DNA of 64,000 nt from the NCBI GenBank assembly GCA_002420315.1, contig DIHU01000219.1, forward strand, positions 27,031 through 91,030, written 5' to 3'. The notes under the pieces are model-generated. The model was not told where the DNA came from. It saw only the letters and a program-made list of their open reading frames with translations, and ran no database searches. Below, one piece after another: positions 1 through 10,455 of the stretch. The position numbers and the translations under genes were made by a program. Every line of letters begins with the position of its first letter. Within the stretch, counting starts at the first letter, position 1. The stretch is from Akkermansiaceae bacterium UBA5688. Its GTDB lineage: Bacteria > Verrucomicrobiota > Verrucomicrobiia > Verrucomicrobiales > Akkermansiaceae.

Positions 1-3000
1 CCGCAAACGGATTTTTTTCAATCACCGAAGCCTTTGCCGCAGATGGAGAGGAACTGACCTTATTTCTTGTTAGCGGAACTGATACTATCATCGATGCGGT
101 CGCCGTCCCGTTTAAATCGCCGCGGAACTATGCCGCAGCTTACCCCGATGGTTCCGGCGAATTTTATGCCAGCGCAATTGGAACCAAGGGCTCACCTAAC
201 AATCCAAATCGGGTAGATTCAATCGTTATCAACGAACTCATGGTCGACCCACCTAGCGAGCATCGCGATGGCGAATTCATTGAACTCTTCAACAAATCTG
301 GGTCAACTATCGACCTTTCTGGATGGCGTTTCACTGACGGCGTCGACTTCACCTTTCCCGCAGGAACCACAGTGCCTGCCGGGGGCTATCTCGTCATCCC
401 TGCCAACGAGGACTACACTAACTACCCGAACAGCGTAGGACAATTCTCTGGTTCACTGTCCAACAGCGGCGAACTTCTTCGTCTTGTGGATTCATGGGAC
501 AACCTAGCTGACGAAGTTTACTACCATACCGGTGGTGATTGGCCCGAGCTAGCCGGAGGTCAGGGAAGCAGCCTCGAACTGCGCCATCCCGATATGGACA
601 ACTCCACAGCAAGCGCCTGGACCGCGTCCGACGAAAGCGACAAATCAACTTTTGAAGAATTCACGATCGCCGAACAATACCAAGAGATCACTCGCCGTGG
701 GGGAGCCTCAGACTATAAGGAACTGCACCTTCAAGCAGTTGGGGACACCCATATCGCGATGAAAGATCTTTCTCTCTCCCGAAATGGAAGTGGTAATATC
801 CTCCCAGGAGGAGGTCTCGCCTTAGCAAGAAACGGGTCTGCTAATGACGGGTGGCTTTGCCAGGGAACCCACCACGCCAGTAAAATAACCAACGGAGAAT
901 TCCACCTCATCTCAAGTGGTCACGGCGATGTAAAAGCAAACCGCTGTGAAATAGATGTCACTAGCATCCAGGACAACAACAATCTGAACTTCACCTTCGA
1001 GGCCCGCTGGATCTCAGGAAAGCCCACCTTAAATGTCCAAACTTGGGATCGTTCCTTCGGAGGAACGATTCATCTTAATGTCCCCAAAAACCTCGGAACT
1101 CCCGGCGTAGCCAATCCCGGAATACTGAACAACCCAGCGCCCACGATTTCAGGCCTGATTCACAGCCCTCCTATCCCAAGATCGAGTGACCCTGTTCGCA
1201 TCACCATTGAAGCTAAAAATGCCGATACTGTTAATTTACGACATCGTCTCGATACCAATGCAGGAAACGGAACATGGAACAGCAGCCCGATGTTCGATGA
1301 TGGCGTCAGCAGCGGTGACGAGATTGCAGATGACGGCGTCTATACAATCACGCTGACCAATTATCAAAGCGACAACTCCATCGTGCAATTTTACGTTCAA
1401 GCCACTTCAGCCGGAGGAACGTCTATTCAGCCCGCCCTCGCACCAGAAAAGCCTGCGATGTGGGTCGTCGATAATTCCACTCACCCGACTGATCTTCGGC
1501 TCCAGCGCTTTATCATCTCGGCCCGCGACCGTTCTGCTTCCGGCGGCGCAGGCGACTCCGCGACATTTGACTACGATTTCCCAAAGCTCTCCAACCAATA
1601 TTTTAACGCCACCTTCATTAGCAACGAAAAAGATATCATCTACAACTGCGAAATGCGTAAGAGCGGGAGTCCGTGGACACGATCGGGCAGCGCCGACTTT
1701 GCACGTATGAAGTGGAAACCTCCAGGTGACCGTAAGTTCCGAGGCTACACTAAGCGGGCTATCGACAACGATGCAGGTGGTGGACGGGCTTACCACAATC
1801 GTATCATTCGATACTGGCTCTATCTTTTCGGCCACGCTGCCAACGAAAACGAATTTGTGCGTGTCATTATTAATGGTGGCAGTGCTTCACTCCGGGAAGA
1901 CGTAGAACCCAACGCCAACGATTTCCTAAAACGTAATTGGGAAGATGGCCACAAAGGCGAACTCTACCGTATTGATGATGAATGGTGGTTTGACGACGGT
2001 TGGGGCCGCCAAAACCGGAACGCAACTTGGGAATATAAAAACACCACCGAACAGGAACGTTATTCCTCGGAGTGGATCAAGCGTTCTCGCGAAGCCGAAC
2101 ACGATTACTCGTCCTTTATCAGCTGGACTCAAATGGTTGGTAGAAATGACTTCACTCGTGAAGAAATAGAAAGAACAGCCGATATCGATATGATGGCTGC
2201 CAACGCGGTGGTTCGTGGTTGGTGTGACGACTGGGACACCCTCACTCGAAATCGAGGCAAAAACGGATACTTCCTTCGTCGGGTCACCGACGGAAAATGG
2301 ATGTTAGTTCAGTGGGACTCCGACCTAACCTTCGGTAGCTCCAATGCCGACTTCATCGGCAACCTGTCTGGTGTTCGTAACTTTTTTGAAAAGCCCTATA
2401 TCAAGCAGAGGGTGAATCATTACCTCAACGAAATGGTGCAAAAATACACCGTGAACTCCACCCGGCTTGCCGCTTGGTTCCGTTGCGAGGAAGATGCTTC
2501 CCCCTCCTACTCGAGCAACGAATCAACCTATAATTCGTGGAATCGAAATCGCCTTTCCAAAGCTAATTCTACGATTGGTAGCGCTCTTAACGTCGACTTC
2601 AATGTCACCTCTGGAAACGGCTCTTCCCTCTCTACCTCGAGCGATACTATCTCGCTGCAAGGTAGAAGCGGCGCGGACGTTTTTGCAATCCGCGTGACTG
2701 GCCAACCGTGGGCTGAGTATGAGTTCTCTAATACGACAACTTGGACACTTAGCGGGATTCAACTGCGCCAGGGGGCCAATATTCTTGAGGTCCAATCGGT
2801 CGACCAAGAAGGTAATGTCACTGCCACCGAAAACTTCACCGTAACCAAAAGTGGTAATGCCGCACCAGTTCTTGTTCTCGATGCCGACCCTGGATCGTTC
2901 CGAATCCCAATCAATACCACCTTCGAGATTGATGGAGACGAGAGCTATGACCCCGAGGGGACCAGCCTCGATTTTTCATTCCAACTGCCGGCAGGATTGA

Positions 3001-4586
3001 GCGTCGGCAACCCAACTTCATCCAGCGCTTCCATGATTTTTCAGAAGCCCGGACATTATCCGTTAATAATTACGGCAACCGACCAAAACGGAAAAACAAC
3101 CCAAGTGATCCGAGAGATTGTCGCTTATGCCGATAGCGGGTGGGACCCCTTCAACCAAGAAATCTTGCAAGATCTGTGGACCACGGAAGATCTAATCTTA
3201 AAAGATGGCACTACACCTCCTTCTTCTTACAGCTTTGATGAAACGCCAAATCGCCTAGCTGTTAAGTTAGAAACAAACCCAGCCAAACCATTAACACTAA
3301 ATTCGCCAAACCACCCTCGGATGTGGCGTAACACACCGGCCGGAATTTGGTCTTTTACTTCAGAAGTAACTCTAAGCTCGGTGCAACAGGGTGACTTTTA
3401 CACTGGGATCATCGTCGATGGAGAGCAAAATGGCTCACCTGTGCGTTTCACGGTCGGCATGGAAGACGGTGATTTGCTCCGTGCCAAAAAGATCACCACA
3501 TCAGGCACAACGATTCTTGGATCAATCAGTTGGACCGAAAAAGACGCAGTCGTTCGGATCTTCAAGAAAACAACGGGGATCGATTTACAGTATCGCACCG
3601 AACCCGGTGTTTGGGAGACTCTGGGAAGAGCCTCTGGAAATATCACCACCTCGCAAGCCGGAATTTTTGCATCCACCGATACCCCGCAAGCCCTCCGCAT
3701 TGAATTCGATGATGCTCTCATCGTAGATTCAAGTATTAGTAGCCCAACCCTCGATAATCTCAGAATTACCGAGATCATGTATCATCCGGTTGGTGGATCA
3801 TTCTACGAATTTATCGAAATCCAAAATACCGGCACGACACCGCTCGCTCTCGACGGAGCTTCCTTCGATGACACCCAGCCTTTCGGCTCCTTTACCTTTA
3901 CAAACGTCACGTTGGCTCCAGGGCAATATGCGGTAATCGTTTCTGCGGAATCAGCATTTCGTGCCCGCTACGGAAATAATATTCTCATCGCAGGCAACTG
4001 GGCTTCTGGCTCGCTCTCCAACAGCGGCGAAAATATCGAACTCCGCGATCCATTCGGCAACACCATTCACGATTTTACATATGACGACAATGCCCCGTGG
4101 CCCCTTGCCGCCGATGGCAGCGGTCCCTCCTTAGAAGTCATTGACACGGGGGGAGATTACAACGATCCCCTGAACTGGAAAGCCTCGGCATTTACCGGGG
4201 GAAGCCCCGGGTTTTCCGAAGCCACCGACCTGGATGGCGACGGACTCAGTAATATTCGGGAAAATGCATTAGGCACCAATCCCAATTTATTTGACACTGA
4301 TAGCGACGGCTCTTCTGACGGTGCAGAGACGATTGCAGGGACCAACCCACTAGATGCCTCAGATTACTTCCGTATTCTATCGGTCGGGGCAACTGACACT
4401 CCGAATGGAATCCAAATCACGTGGGCTTCAGTTACCGGTAAAACCTACGTTGTTGAGTCGAGCACCGACCTAGAAGGTAATTGGAGTCTCCACGATACCG
4501 TCACGGCAGGTGGCTCAACGAGTATCACAACTGATCAAAAATCTGGTAGAAGAAGATTCTACCGGATTCGAGTCAGTGGACCCTAG
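1..4586 (+). CDS. Giant secreted multidomain protein, 5'-truncated by the window edge. Domains in order: lamin-tail (LTD), CotH kinase-like, PKD/Ig-like, second LTD, thrombospondin type-3 Ca-binding repeats.
   Basis: The frame of ORF 240..4586 stays open back to nt 3 with no stop. Residues spanning Met-240 (SIVINELMVDPPSEHRDGEFIELFNKSGSTIDLSGWRF) form a canonical LTD start, so the true start is off-window. CotH-like block at about nt 1500-2520 (YHNRIIRYWLYLFG, WMLVQWDSDLTFG). PKD-like block at about 2850-3135 (DGDESYDPEG...ITATDQNGKT). Second LTD at about 3757-4200 (LRITEIMYHP..YEFIEIQNTG). DxDxDG repeats at about 4216-4350 (DLDGDGLSN, DTDSDGSSDG). Confidence 0.8.
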   Translation, partial: ANGFFSITEAFAADGEELTLFLVSGTDTIIDAVAVPFKSPRNYAAAYPDGSGEFYASAIGTKGSPNNPNRVDSIVINELMVDPPSEHRDGEFIELFNKSGSTIDLSGWRFTDGVDFTFPAGTTVPAGGYLVIPANEDYTNYPNSVGQFSGSLSNSGELLRLVDSWDNLADEVYYHTGGDWPELAGGQGSSLELRHPDMDNSTASAWTASDESDKSTFEEFTIAEQYQEITRRGGASDYKELHLQAVGDTHIAMKDLSLSRNGSGNILPGGGLALARNGSANDGWLCQGTHHASKITNGEFHLISSGHGDVKANRCEIDVTSIQDNNNLNFTFEARWISGKPTLNVQTWDRSFGGTIHLNVPKNLGTPGVANPGILNNPAPTISGLIHSPPIPRSSDPVRITIEAKNADTVNLRHRLDTNAGNGTWNSSPMFDDGVSSGDEIADDGVYTITLTNYQSDNSIVQFYVQATSAGGTSIQPALAPEKPAMWVVDNSTHPTDLRLQRFIISARDRSASGGAGDSATFDYDFPKLSNQYFNATFISNEKDIIYNCEMRKSGSPWTRSGSADFARMKWKPPGDRKFRGYTKRAIDNDAGGGRAYHNRIIRYWLYLFGHAANENEFVRVIINGGSASLREDVEPNANDFLKRNWEDGHKGELYRIDDEWWFDDGWGRQNRNATWEYKNTTEQERYSSEWIKRSREAEHDYSSFISWTQMVGRNDFTREEIERTADIDMMAANAVVRGWCDDWDTLTRNRGKNGYFLRRVTDGKWMLVQWDSDLTFGSSNADFIGNLSGVRNFFEKPYIKQRVNHYLNEMVQKYTVNSTRLAAWFRCEEDASPSYSSNESTYNSWNRNRLSKANSTIGSALNVDFNVTSGNGSSLSTSSDTISLQGRSGADVFAIRVTGQPWAEYEFSNTTTWTLSGIQLRQGANILEVQSVDQEGNVTATENFTVTKSGNAAPVLVLDADPGSFRIPINTTFEIDGDESYDPEGTSLDFSFQLPAGLSVGNPTSSSASMIFQKPGHYPLIITATDQNGKTTQVIREIVAYADSGWDPFNQEILQDLWTTEDLILKDGTTPPSSYSFDETPNRLAVKLETNPAKPLTLNSPNHPRMWRNTPAGIWSFTSEVTLSSVQQGDFYTGIIVDGEQNGSPVRFTVGMEDGDLLRAKKITTSGTTILGSISWTEKDAVVRIFKKTTGIDLQYRTEPGVWETLGRASGNITTSQAGIFASTDTPQALRIEFDDALIVDSSISSPTLDNLRITEIMYHPVGGSFYEFIEIQNTGTTPLALDGASFDDTQPFGSFTFTNVTLAPGQYAVIVSAESAFRARYGNNILIAGNWASGSLSNSGENIELRDPFGNTIHDFTYDDNAPWPLAADGSGPSLEVIDTGGDYNDPLNWKASAFTGGSPGFSEATDLDGDGLSNIRENALGTNPNLFDTDSDGSSDGAETIAGTNPLDASDYFRILSVGATDTPNGIQITWASVTGKTYVVESSTDLEGNWSLHDTVTAGGSTSITTDQKSGRRRFYRIRVSGP

Positions 4587-4823
4587 AGACCCTGCTCAAC
4601 TATAATACCCTTAGCGGAGAGAAAAGTCGCTCTTCTTAATTACCATGAGTGCAGTAGGACTGGTCCTATTTACGCTAAGAATCAGGCCCCTTCCGTCGTT
4701 CTTTACTAGAACTTCAGTTGATCTGATTGAATACTAAAATCTTCAAAATCTAATCCATCGTCTTCGATGGCTTACAACAGGATTAGCCTAGCTTCAGCAG
4801 CGAATCTTTGACACCTTCGCATC

Positions 4824-5627
4824 ATGCGAACTATTATCCTGTTGTTAATATCCACCCTTCAAATTTGGGCCGCTCAGAGCGAATACAAAATAAAGGAAGA
4901 CATCCCTTATCGCGAAAACACTCAAGCCCTCGATGAGTATCAGCAAGAAAGATGCCTCTTAGATATCCATTACCCTTCATCAAAAGGATTTGCGACCATT
5001 ATCTGGTTTCACGGAGGGGGGTTGACCTCGGGAGAGAAAAGTTTCCCAAAAGCTCTCCAGAACAAAGGACATGCTATCGTTGCGGTGAACTATCGACTAA
5101 GCCCCAAAGTCAAAGTCACCGAATGCCTTGATGACGCAGCTGCCGCGGTTGCTTGGGTTATGAAAAATATCAGGGGATTTGGTGGAGATAGAAAGCGTAT
5201 CTTCATTAGCGGACATTCTGCCGGAGGCTACCTCACGAGTATGATCGGGCTTGATTCATCCTGGCTTAAGCGTCACCAGGAGGATGCTAATGATATTGCA
5301 GGTCTCATTCCTTATAGCGGGCACGCAATCACACATTTTACAGTTCGAAAGGAGCGTGGCATTGCTGCAACTCGCCCTATCGTAGACGAACTGGCGCCCC
5401 TCTTCCATGTGAGAAAAGATGCCCCACCCATTCTCCTAATCACTGGTGATCGCGAAAAAGAGCTTCTTGGTCGCTATGAGGAAAATGCCTATCTCTTCAG
5501 AATGCTAAAAGTTTCAGGGCATCAGGACGTTACCTTATTCGAAATTGATGGTTATGGGCATGGCATGACAGATCCGGCACATCCCCTGCTATTAAAATTC
5601 GTGAAGCGAATTAGATCCAAAAGGTGA
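4824..5627 (+). CDS. Secreted alpha/beta-hydrolase (carboxylesterase/lipase, HGGG-type)
   Basis: N-terminal signal-like segment (MRTIILLLISTLQIWAA). Oxyanion motif WFHGGGL. Nucleophile elbow GHSAGG. AVNYRLSP block typical of the HSL/BD-FAE esterase group. Confidence 0.75.
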   Translation: MRTIILLLISTLQIWAAQSEYKIKEDIPYRENTQALDEYQQERCLLDIHYPSSKGFATIIWFHGGGLTSGEKSFPKALQNKGHAIVAVNYRLSPKVKVTECLDDAAAAVAWVMKNIRGFGGDRKRIFISGHSAGGYLTSMIGLDSSWLKRHQEDANDIAGLIPYSGHAITHFTVRKERGIAATRPIVDELAPLFHVRKDAPPILLITGDREKELLGRYEENAYLFRMLKVSGHQDVTLFEIDGYGHGMTDPAHPLLLKFVKRIRSKR

Positions 5628-5690
5628 TAACTCCGAAGGCGAAAAGGAAAAACGATCAACCCCAATCCCCTCAAGCCCGAAACGAACTCC

Positions 5691-7199
5691 ATGCCAGAAA
5701 AAACGACCAAAAAGACGCGCCCGGATCCCGGACCGCGAATTCTTTTTATCACCCCGGAAATTTCTTATGTTTCAAAGAAACTTTCGGCCGATGCTGAGAG
5801 GCTTCGAGCCAAAGCAGGCGGTCTCGCAGATGTCTCGGCCCTTCTCGTTCACGGTCTAAGTTCAGCCGAAAAGGATATTCACTTAGCTATCCCACACTAC
5901 CGCAATCTTTTCCAAAGTGGTGAACAAGCAACCCACCCTGGCAAGCGGACCCGCATCTCAGTCGGAGACCGCATCCACCTGGCCGAAGACTGCAAATTTT
6001 ATCGTCGCGGCGGAGTCTACCAAGCCTGCAAAGAAGATCTCCTGATGTCAGCGCTCGCGTTTCAGCGCGACCTCATCAATCACATCATCCCAAGGGTTGA
6101 ACCCGACATTATTCATTGTAACGATTGGATGACGGGGCTAATTCCCGCTGAGGCCAAGAAACTTGGTATTCCTAGTCTATTCACCATTCACAATATCCAT
6201 ACTCAGGAGGCCACCCTTGCCCAACTAGAAAACACAGGAATTCCGGCTGGAGACTTTTGGGACGAGCTTTACTTTGGAACTTACCCGGAAAGCTTCGACG
6301 AATCCTACTGGGCCAACCCTATCGATCTCCTCGCCAGCGGAATCTCAGCAGCGACCCACACCAACGTGGTGAGCCCAACCTTCCTTGACGAAGTTGCGAT
6401 GGGCCATCACTCGACTATTCCACCCCACCTTAGCCACCTGCTCTATCACAAGCGGGAAGCTGGAGTCGCTTCAGGAATTGTCAATGCGCCAGATCGCTCT
6501 TTCAATCCCCAAATCGACCCATACCTCCCCGAAAAATACGGACCCCGCCGGCATCACACGATCAAACCCAAACTCAAGAAAGATCTTCAAAAACGCCTCC
6601 TTCTCAAAGAAGACCCCTCAGTTCCAATTCTCTTTTGGCCATCGCGTCTTGATCCCATACAGAAAGGATGTTCCCTCCTTACTGATATTCTTTTCCAACT
6701 CATTAATGACTACAGCCACCTTGGCTTACAGATAGTTATGATAGCCGATGGTCCTTACCAGCAACACTTCCAAGGGATTGTCGCCTATCACGGCATATCC
6801 GACCGTATCGCTGTTCAACCATTCTCCGAATCTCTTTCGCATCTTGGTTACGGAGGCTCTGACTTCGTTCTCATGCCATCGTCATTCGAACCTTGTGGCC
6901 TACCTCAAATGATTGGGTGTCGCTACGGCTCTCTTCCAATTGCCCACGCTACGGGCGGGCTTAAAGATACCGTCAGGCACCTCAACATCCACGAAAATAC
7001 GGGCAACGGATTTCTCTTCGAGCATTTCACGACCGATGGCTTCCGGTGGGCTATCGATCAAGCCATGGAGTTTTATCAACTCAATCCAGACCACAAAAAT
7101 CCGCAAATTAAGCGAATCATGGAACAATCCAAAGAGGACTTTTCAGATGAACGAGTGGTAGCCGATTATCAGAAAATCTACAATGATCTCGTTAATTAG
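5691..7199 (+). CDS. glgA: Glycogen/starch synthase (GT5)
   Basis: KAGGLADV motif near the N-terminus, RLDPIQKG block, and EPCGLPQM...ATGGLKDTV C-terminal GT-B motifs. Confidence 0.85.
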   Translation: MPEKTTKKTRPDPGPRILFITPEISYVSKKLSADAERLRAKAGGLADVSALLVHGLSSAEKDIHLAIPHYRNLFQSGEQATHPGKRTRISVGDRIHLAEDCKFYRRGGVYQACKEDLLMSALAFQRDLINHIIPRVEPDIIHCNDWMTGLIPAEAKKLGIPSLFTIHNIHTQEATLAQLENTGIPAGDFWDELYFGTYPESFDESYWANPIDLLASGISAATHTNVVSPTFLDEVAMGHHSTIPPHLSHLLYHKREAGVASGIVNAPDRSFNPQIDPYLPEKYGPRRHHTIKPKLKKDLQKRLLLKEDPSVPILFWPSRLDPIQKGCSLLTDILFQLINDYSHLGLQIVMIADGPYQQHFQGIVAYHGISDRIAVQPFSESLSHLGYGGSDFVLMPSSFEPCGLPQMIGCRYGSLPIAHATGGLKDTVRHLNIHENTGNGFLFEHFTTDGFRWAIDQAMEFYQLNPDHKNPQIKRIMEQSKEDFSDERVVADYQKIYNDLVN

Positions 7200-8442
7200 T
7201 CGCTAGCGATTTATGCCTCAGGAAAAGGGAGATCGTCCGATCAATCGCTCCCTCATGCTTTTCTAGTACGACACGCGCTTTTTTCACTTGCCCTATCGGT
7301 ATTTTTTGAAGCGCAGAAACTAACTCTTCCCGAGAAGATACCATTAAAATTCCACCCGCTTCTTTTAGCTCGGTAACCAAAGGCTCGAAGTTTGCCATGT
7401 GCGGCCCACAGATGACTGGCACTTCTGCGAGAATTGCTTCGGAGGGATTCTGCCCTCCCTCTTGAAAGAAGCTCTTTCCGATGACTACGACATCTGCATG
7501 AGCTGTCCAGTCGCGTAACTCCCCCGTGCTATCGATCACAAACGATTCACTACCCAGAGGCTGCTGGAATTGACTTCGTAAAATCACATTGCCATCTAAA
7601 GCTTCAGCAACCTCTGCTCGCCGCTCGGCATGCCGGGGGACAATAACTGATTGATAACCTACCTCTTTAAAAACATCGTCGAGGTAGTCCTCTTCACCAG
7701 GAAAGGTTGAGATCGCCATGGCCACCGGCCTCCTTGGGAATTGATCTAACATCGCCGAGAATTCTAATCTCTTCTCAGGCAAAGCCGAGCCTGACGGATC
7801 GAACTTCACATTTCCGGTTAGCACCACCGCTTCTTTGCGGACTCCAATTGTTTGCCATCGGGCAAGATCCTCTTTTTCGGGAACTCCGACATGGTCTAGC
7901 AGTTCCAGAAAGGGGCTCACCAAACTTCGAAATTTTTTCAGGCGACGACCAGATCGCGGTGAAAGCCGAGCATTCATCAAACCAATCGGTATTCCTAAGC
8001 GGTGCGTTTCATGAATGAGATTTGGCCAAATTTCTGATTCCACCATCACCACGACCCGGGGTTCCAACCGTTTCATAACGCGGCGGACCAAGAATCCAAG
8101 GTCAAGTGGCGCATAAATTACGCGCACATCTTCGGGTGCCTTATCCCGGGCCACCGCCATTCCCGTCGCCGTGGTTGGGACCAGCACGAAATGATCGCCC
8201 GTTTTTTGTCGCCATTCCGTGATCACCTTTAGAGCGAGTAGCACCTCTCCAACGCTCACCGCATGGATATAAACTGCCCCAGTACGTTCAAACTCCATTT
8301 CTCTCTGATAGATTCCTATTCGTTCAAGCAACCCACTCCCCCAACCATCGCGACGTAACATTTTCAACATCCAAAAAGGCGCAGCAGCCAGAGCTAACAG
8401 CGGGTAGAGGATTCTCCAAACAATTATTACCACAGTCCTCAT
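7192..8442 (-). CDS. waaA: 3-deoxy-D-manno-octulosonic acid (Kdo) transferase
   Basis: KdtA-like blocks IHAVSVGEV and EIWPNLI, with a GT-B C-terminal half. The ORF-track start 8544 would overlap rsmD by about 100 nt. The internal ATG at 8442 (MRTVVIIVWRILYPLL, hydrophobic anchor) lies 1 nt after the rsmD stop and gives a typical 416-aa product. Confidence 0.85.
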   Translation of the reverse strand: MRTVVIIVWRILYPLLALAAAPFWMLKMLRRDGWGSGLLERIGIYQREMEFERTGAVYIHAVSVGEVLLALKVITEWRQKTGDHFVLVPTTATGMAVARDKAPEDVRVIYAPLDLGFLVRRVMKRLEPRVVVMVESEIWPNLIHETHRLGIPIGLMNARLSPRSGRRLKKFRSLVSPFLELLDHVGVPEKEDLARWQTIGVRKEAVVLTGNVKFDPSGSALPEKRLEFSAMLDQFPRRPVAMAISTFPGEEDYLDDVFKEVGYQSVIVPRHAERRAEVAEALDGNVILRSQFQQPLGSESFVIDSTGELRDWTAHADVVVIGKSFFQEGGQNPSEAILAEVPVICGPHMANFEPLVTELKEAGGILMVSSREELVSALQKIPIGQVKKARVVLEKHEGAIDRTISLFLRHKSLATN

Positions 8443-8443
8443 C

Positions 8444-8989
8444 TCAAGATTCCAACTGATAAATTGCAATTCGACTCCGGCCATAATCCCTGCTTTGAAC
8501 CAATACCAATTCTTTAGGATCAGGAAGTTCTCCCGCTGCTTCACGCTCCAAGATCAAAAAACCATCCTTCGCCAACCATTGCGCCCAGCCTTCGATCGCA
8601 ATTAAATCACGTGCCGGATCCCTCAATCCATCGGCGTAGGGAGGATCAGCAAAAATCAAATCATAACTCGTTTTTTCGCTATTTAGAAAAGCTCCCACAT
8701 CGCGCTGAATGACTCTGCCCTCTTTATAGCCTGTCTTGTTCAGATTTTCAGCGATGACACGGCATGCCCCACGATTCTGTTCCACAAAAGTACACGAAGC
8801 CCCACCACGACTCAAAGCCTCGATCCCTAGAGCGCCTGACCCGGCATAAAGATCAAGAACTCGCGAATTGGGAATCACAGCCGTAAGAATCCCAAACACC
8901 GACTCACGAACGCGATCCGTAGTCGGGCGCGAAACCTCACGCGGAACCTTTAGGGAATGCCCCTTTGCTGAACCGGCAATAATTCTCAT
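8444..8989 (-). CDS. rsmD: 16S rRNA (guanine966-N2)-methyltransferase
   Basis: MRIIAG...RPTTDRVRE start, SAM motif DLYAGSGALGIEALSRG, and catalytic FADPPY. Confidence 0.85.
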   Translation of the reverse strand: MRIIAGSAKGHSLKVPREVSRPTTDRVRESVFGILTAVIPNSRVLDLYAGSGALGIEALSRGGASCTFVEQNRGACRVIAENLNKTGYKEGRVIQRDVGAFLNSEKTSYDLIFADPPYADGLRDPARDLIAIEGWAQWLAKDGFLILEREAAGELPDPKELVLVQSRDYGRSRIAIYQLES

Positions 8990-10452
8990 GGTAAGTTAGG
9001 AAGATCGGTATTCTGGCCACCAAGGACTTCTTCGGCAGTATCAAAAAAAGGCACCCACGAACGATCCTCACCAAGGTCCATCATCAATGTCCCATCACGA
9101 GCTTCAATATGAATATCCCGAAATAAACGATCTGGAGTATTTAAGGGCTGAAAGTCCATCAGCAGGTTCCTAGGAGCTATCCTCACCCTTTTTGCGTGAG
9201 ATTGTGCCCTCTCGGGGCTTGAAACAATCCGCACCGTTGCCGCTGCCTCTCCCGCAGCCGTCGCAAACCCGTTTATCAGAATAGCGTCCTCTTCACCTAT
9301 AGCCCTTACATCTTTAGCCACTACTCCTGCCGCCGTGGCAACAAAGCTTGCTACCCCACGGTTAAACCTCATTCCGCCTTCATCCCGCGGATCATTGATC
9401 ATCACATTTTCAAAGTTAGTAATACTACTCCCTTTAAAGGTCGAAGGAGCTAGCAAGTAACCCTGCAGTCGATTCTTTGAAGTTAAATTGGACACTGAGA
9501 AGGGGGATTTCTGCTCCCGAAAAACCGAACTCAAATCAACCGGTTGATCTGGAAGGCTCACGTGTAAACCGACGGGAACCCCAGCTGCTATTTTCACGGC
9601 CGCCGACAACTCCAAATTCAAGCCAAAGACCTTAAGCGAATGCTCCATGACCGCGAGCGAACGATCTTCCCACATCACGGGGATCGTCAACCCCACTTCT
9701 GAAATCTCTTCGGACAAACTAATTTCTCCACAGGAAATCTCTCCCTTCCGAGTGCTTCCCCAGAGCGGAATCTCTCCTTCAATCTGGTCTAGAGTGAGTG
9801 AAAGGCCGGAAACACGCTCTGAAAAAATTCTCACTTTCGCATTAGAAACAATAATCTCTCCCTCAAAATTCTCAATTGGCATCGGGATCACGTTTGGACG
9901 ATCAACTTTGGATGGCACATCGCTCGGGACTAATGGGGATTGTTCGGTTTTCTCATCTGCTGACTGACCTTCAGGATTTGAATGATATCTCTCATCTTGA
10001 TCAGGCTGTCCTTGGAGCACTACCAACTTGGAAGAATTATCGGTGGGCATAGCAATAATTTCTCTCACGGTCTCAATCGCAACATTAACATCAAGCTGAT
10101 TAACCTCGAGCCGATCCCAACGCCTCTTACCTTTCAGCAGAGAAAGCCACGACACATCGATACGAAGTTTCCCGACCGTAAACAGAGGGTTCTTCTGCCC
10201 TAAGTCAGCTGGAACAAAGACTTGGAGCTTGCTCACCGTCACTCCCATCCAGGGCGACCAAGTCACACTTTTCAATTGGCAAGGTAAGCCTGTTTTTCGC
10301 TCTATCTTTTTACAAACAATTTCAGTTCCAATCGCCGTACAAAAAAACAGGTTTATACTCGCCCAGGCAAGTAGCGGAGCTATCCCCCACGTAGGCAATC
10401 GTAGTCCAAGAAATCTTTTGTTCAGCAGATTCACACGACTGGACCCTCCCAA
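8986..10452 (-). CDS. Membrane-anchored envelope protein, possibly AsmA-like
   Basis: TTG start. One N-terminal TM segment (WGIAPLLAWASINLFFCTAIG) followed by a beta-rich region with a pattern reminiscent of AsmA/TamB N-termini. 4-nt overlap with rsmD. The family call is tentative. Confidence 0.4.
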   Translation of the reverse strand: MGGSSRVNLLNKRFLGLRLPTWGIAPLLAWASINLFFCTAIGTEIVCKKIERKTGLPCQLKSVTWSPWMGVTVSKLQVFVPADLGQKNPLFTVGKLRIDVSWLSLLKGKRRWDRLEVNQLDVNVAIETVREIIAMPTDNSSKLVVLQGQPDQDERYHSNPEGQSADEKTEQSPLVPSDVPSKVDRPNVIPMPIENFEGEIIVSNAKVRIFSERVSGLSLTLDQIEGEIPLWGSTRKGEISCGEISLSEEISEVGLTIPVMWEDRSLAVMEHSLKVFGLNLELSAAVKIAAGVPVGLHVSLPDQPVDLSSVFREQKSPFSVSNLTSKNRLQGYLLAPSTFKGSSITNFENVMINDPRDEGGMRFNRGVASFVATAAGVVAKDVRAIGEEDAILINGFATAAGEAAATVRIVSSPERAQSHAKRVRIAPRNLLMDFQPLNTPDRLFRDIHIEARDGTLMMDLGEDRSWVPFFDTAEEVLGGQNTDLPNLP

Positions 10453-10455
10453 TTC

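Noticed and set aside
4651-4671. A small palindrome TAGGACTGGTCCTA followed by TTT, downstream of the giant LTD-CotH gene.
   Set aside because: It allows only a 5-bp stem with a 4-nt loop and has a short T-run. That is too weak to call a terminator.
7192-7199. The convergent glgA and waaA coding regions overlap by 8 bp (TTAATTAG holds both stop codons).
   Set aside because: The overlap is real, but end-to-end overlap of convergent genes is common in compact genomes. I see no further structure to interpret.
7192-8544. N-terminal extension of the tracked waaA ORF (start 8544), and similar extensions for panD (29701), ltaE (57515), the T3PKS gene (60427), the GT9 gene (44776) and nadC (37895).
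   Set aside because: The extensions overlap upstream genes or add non-homologous residues before a canonical N-terminus. Internal ATGs give typical lengths and tight gene junctions. The start choices remain unverified.
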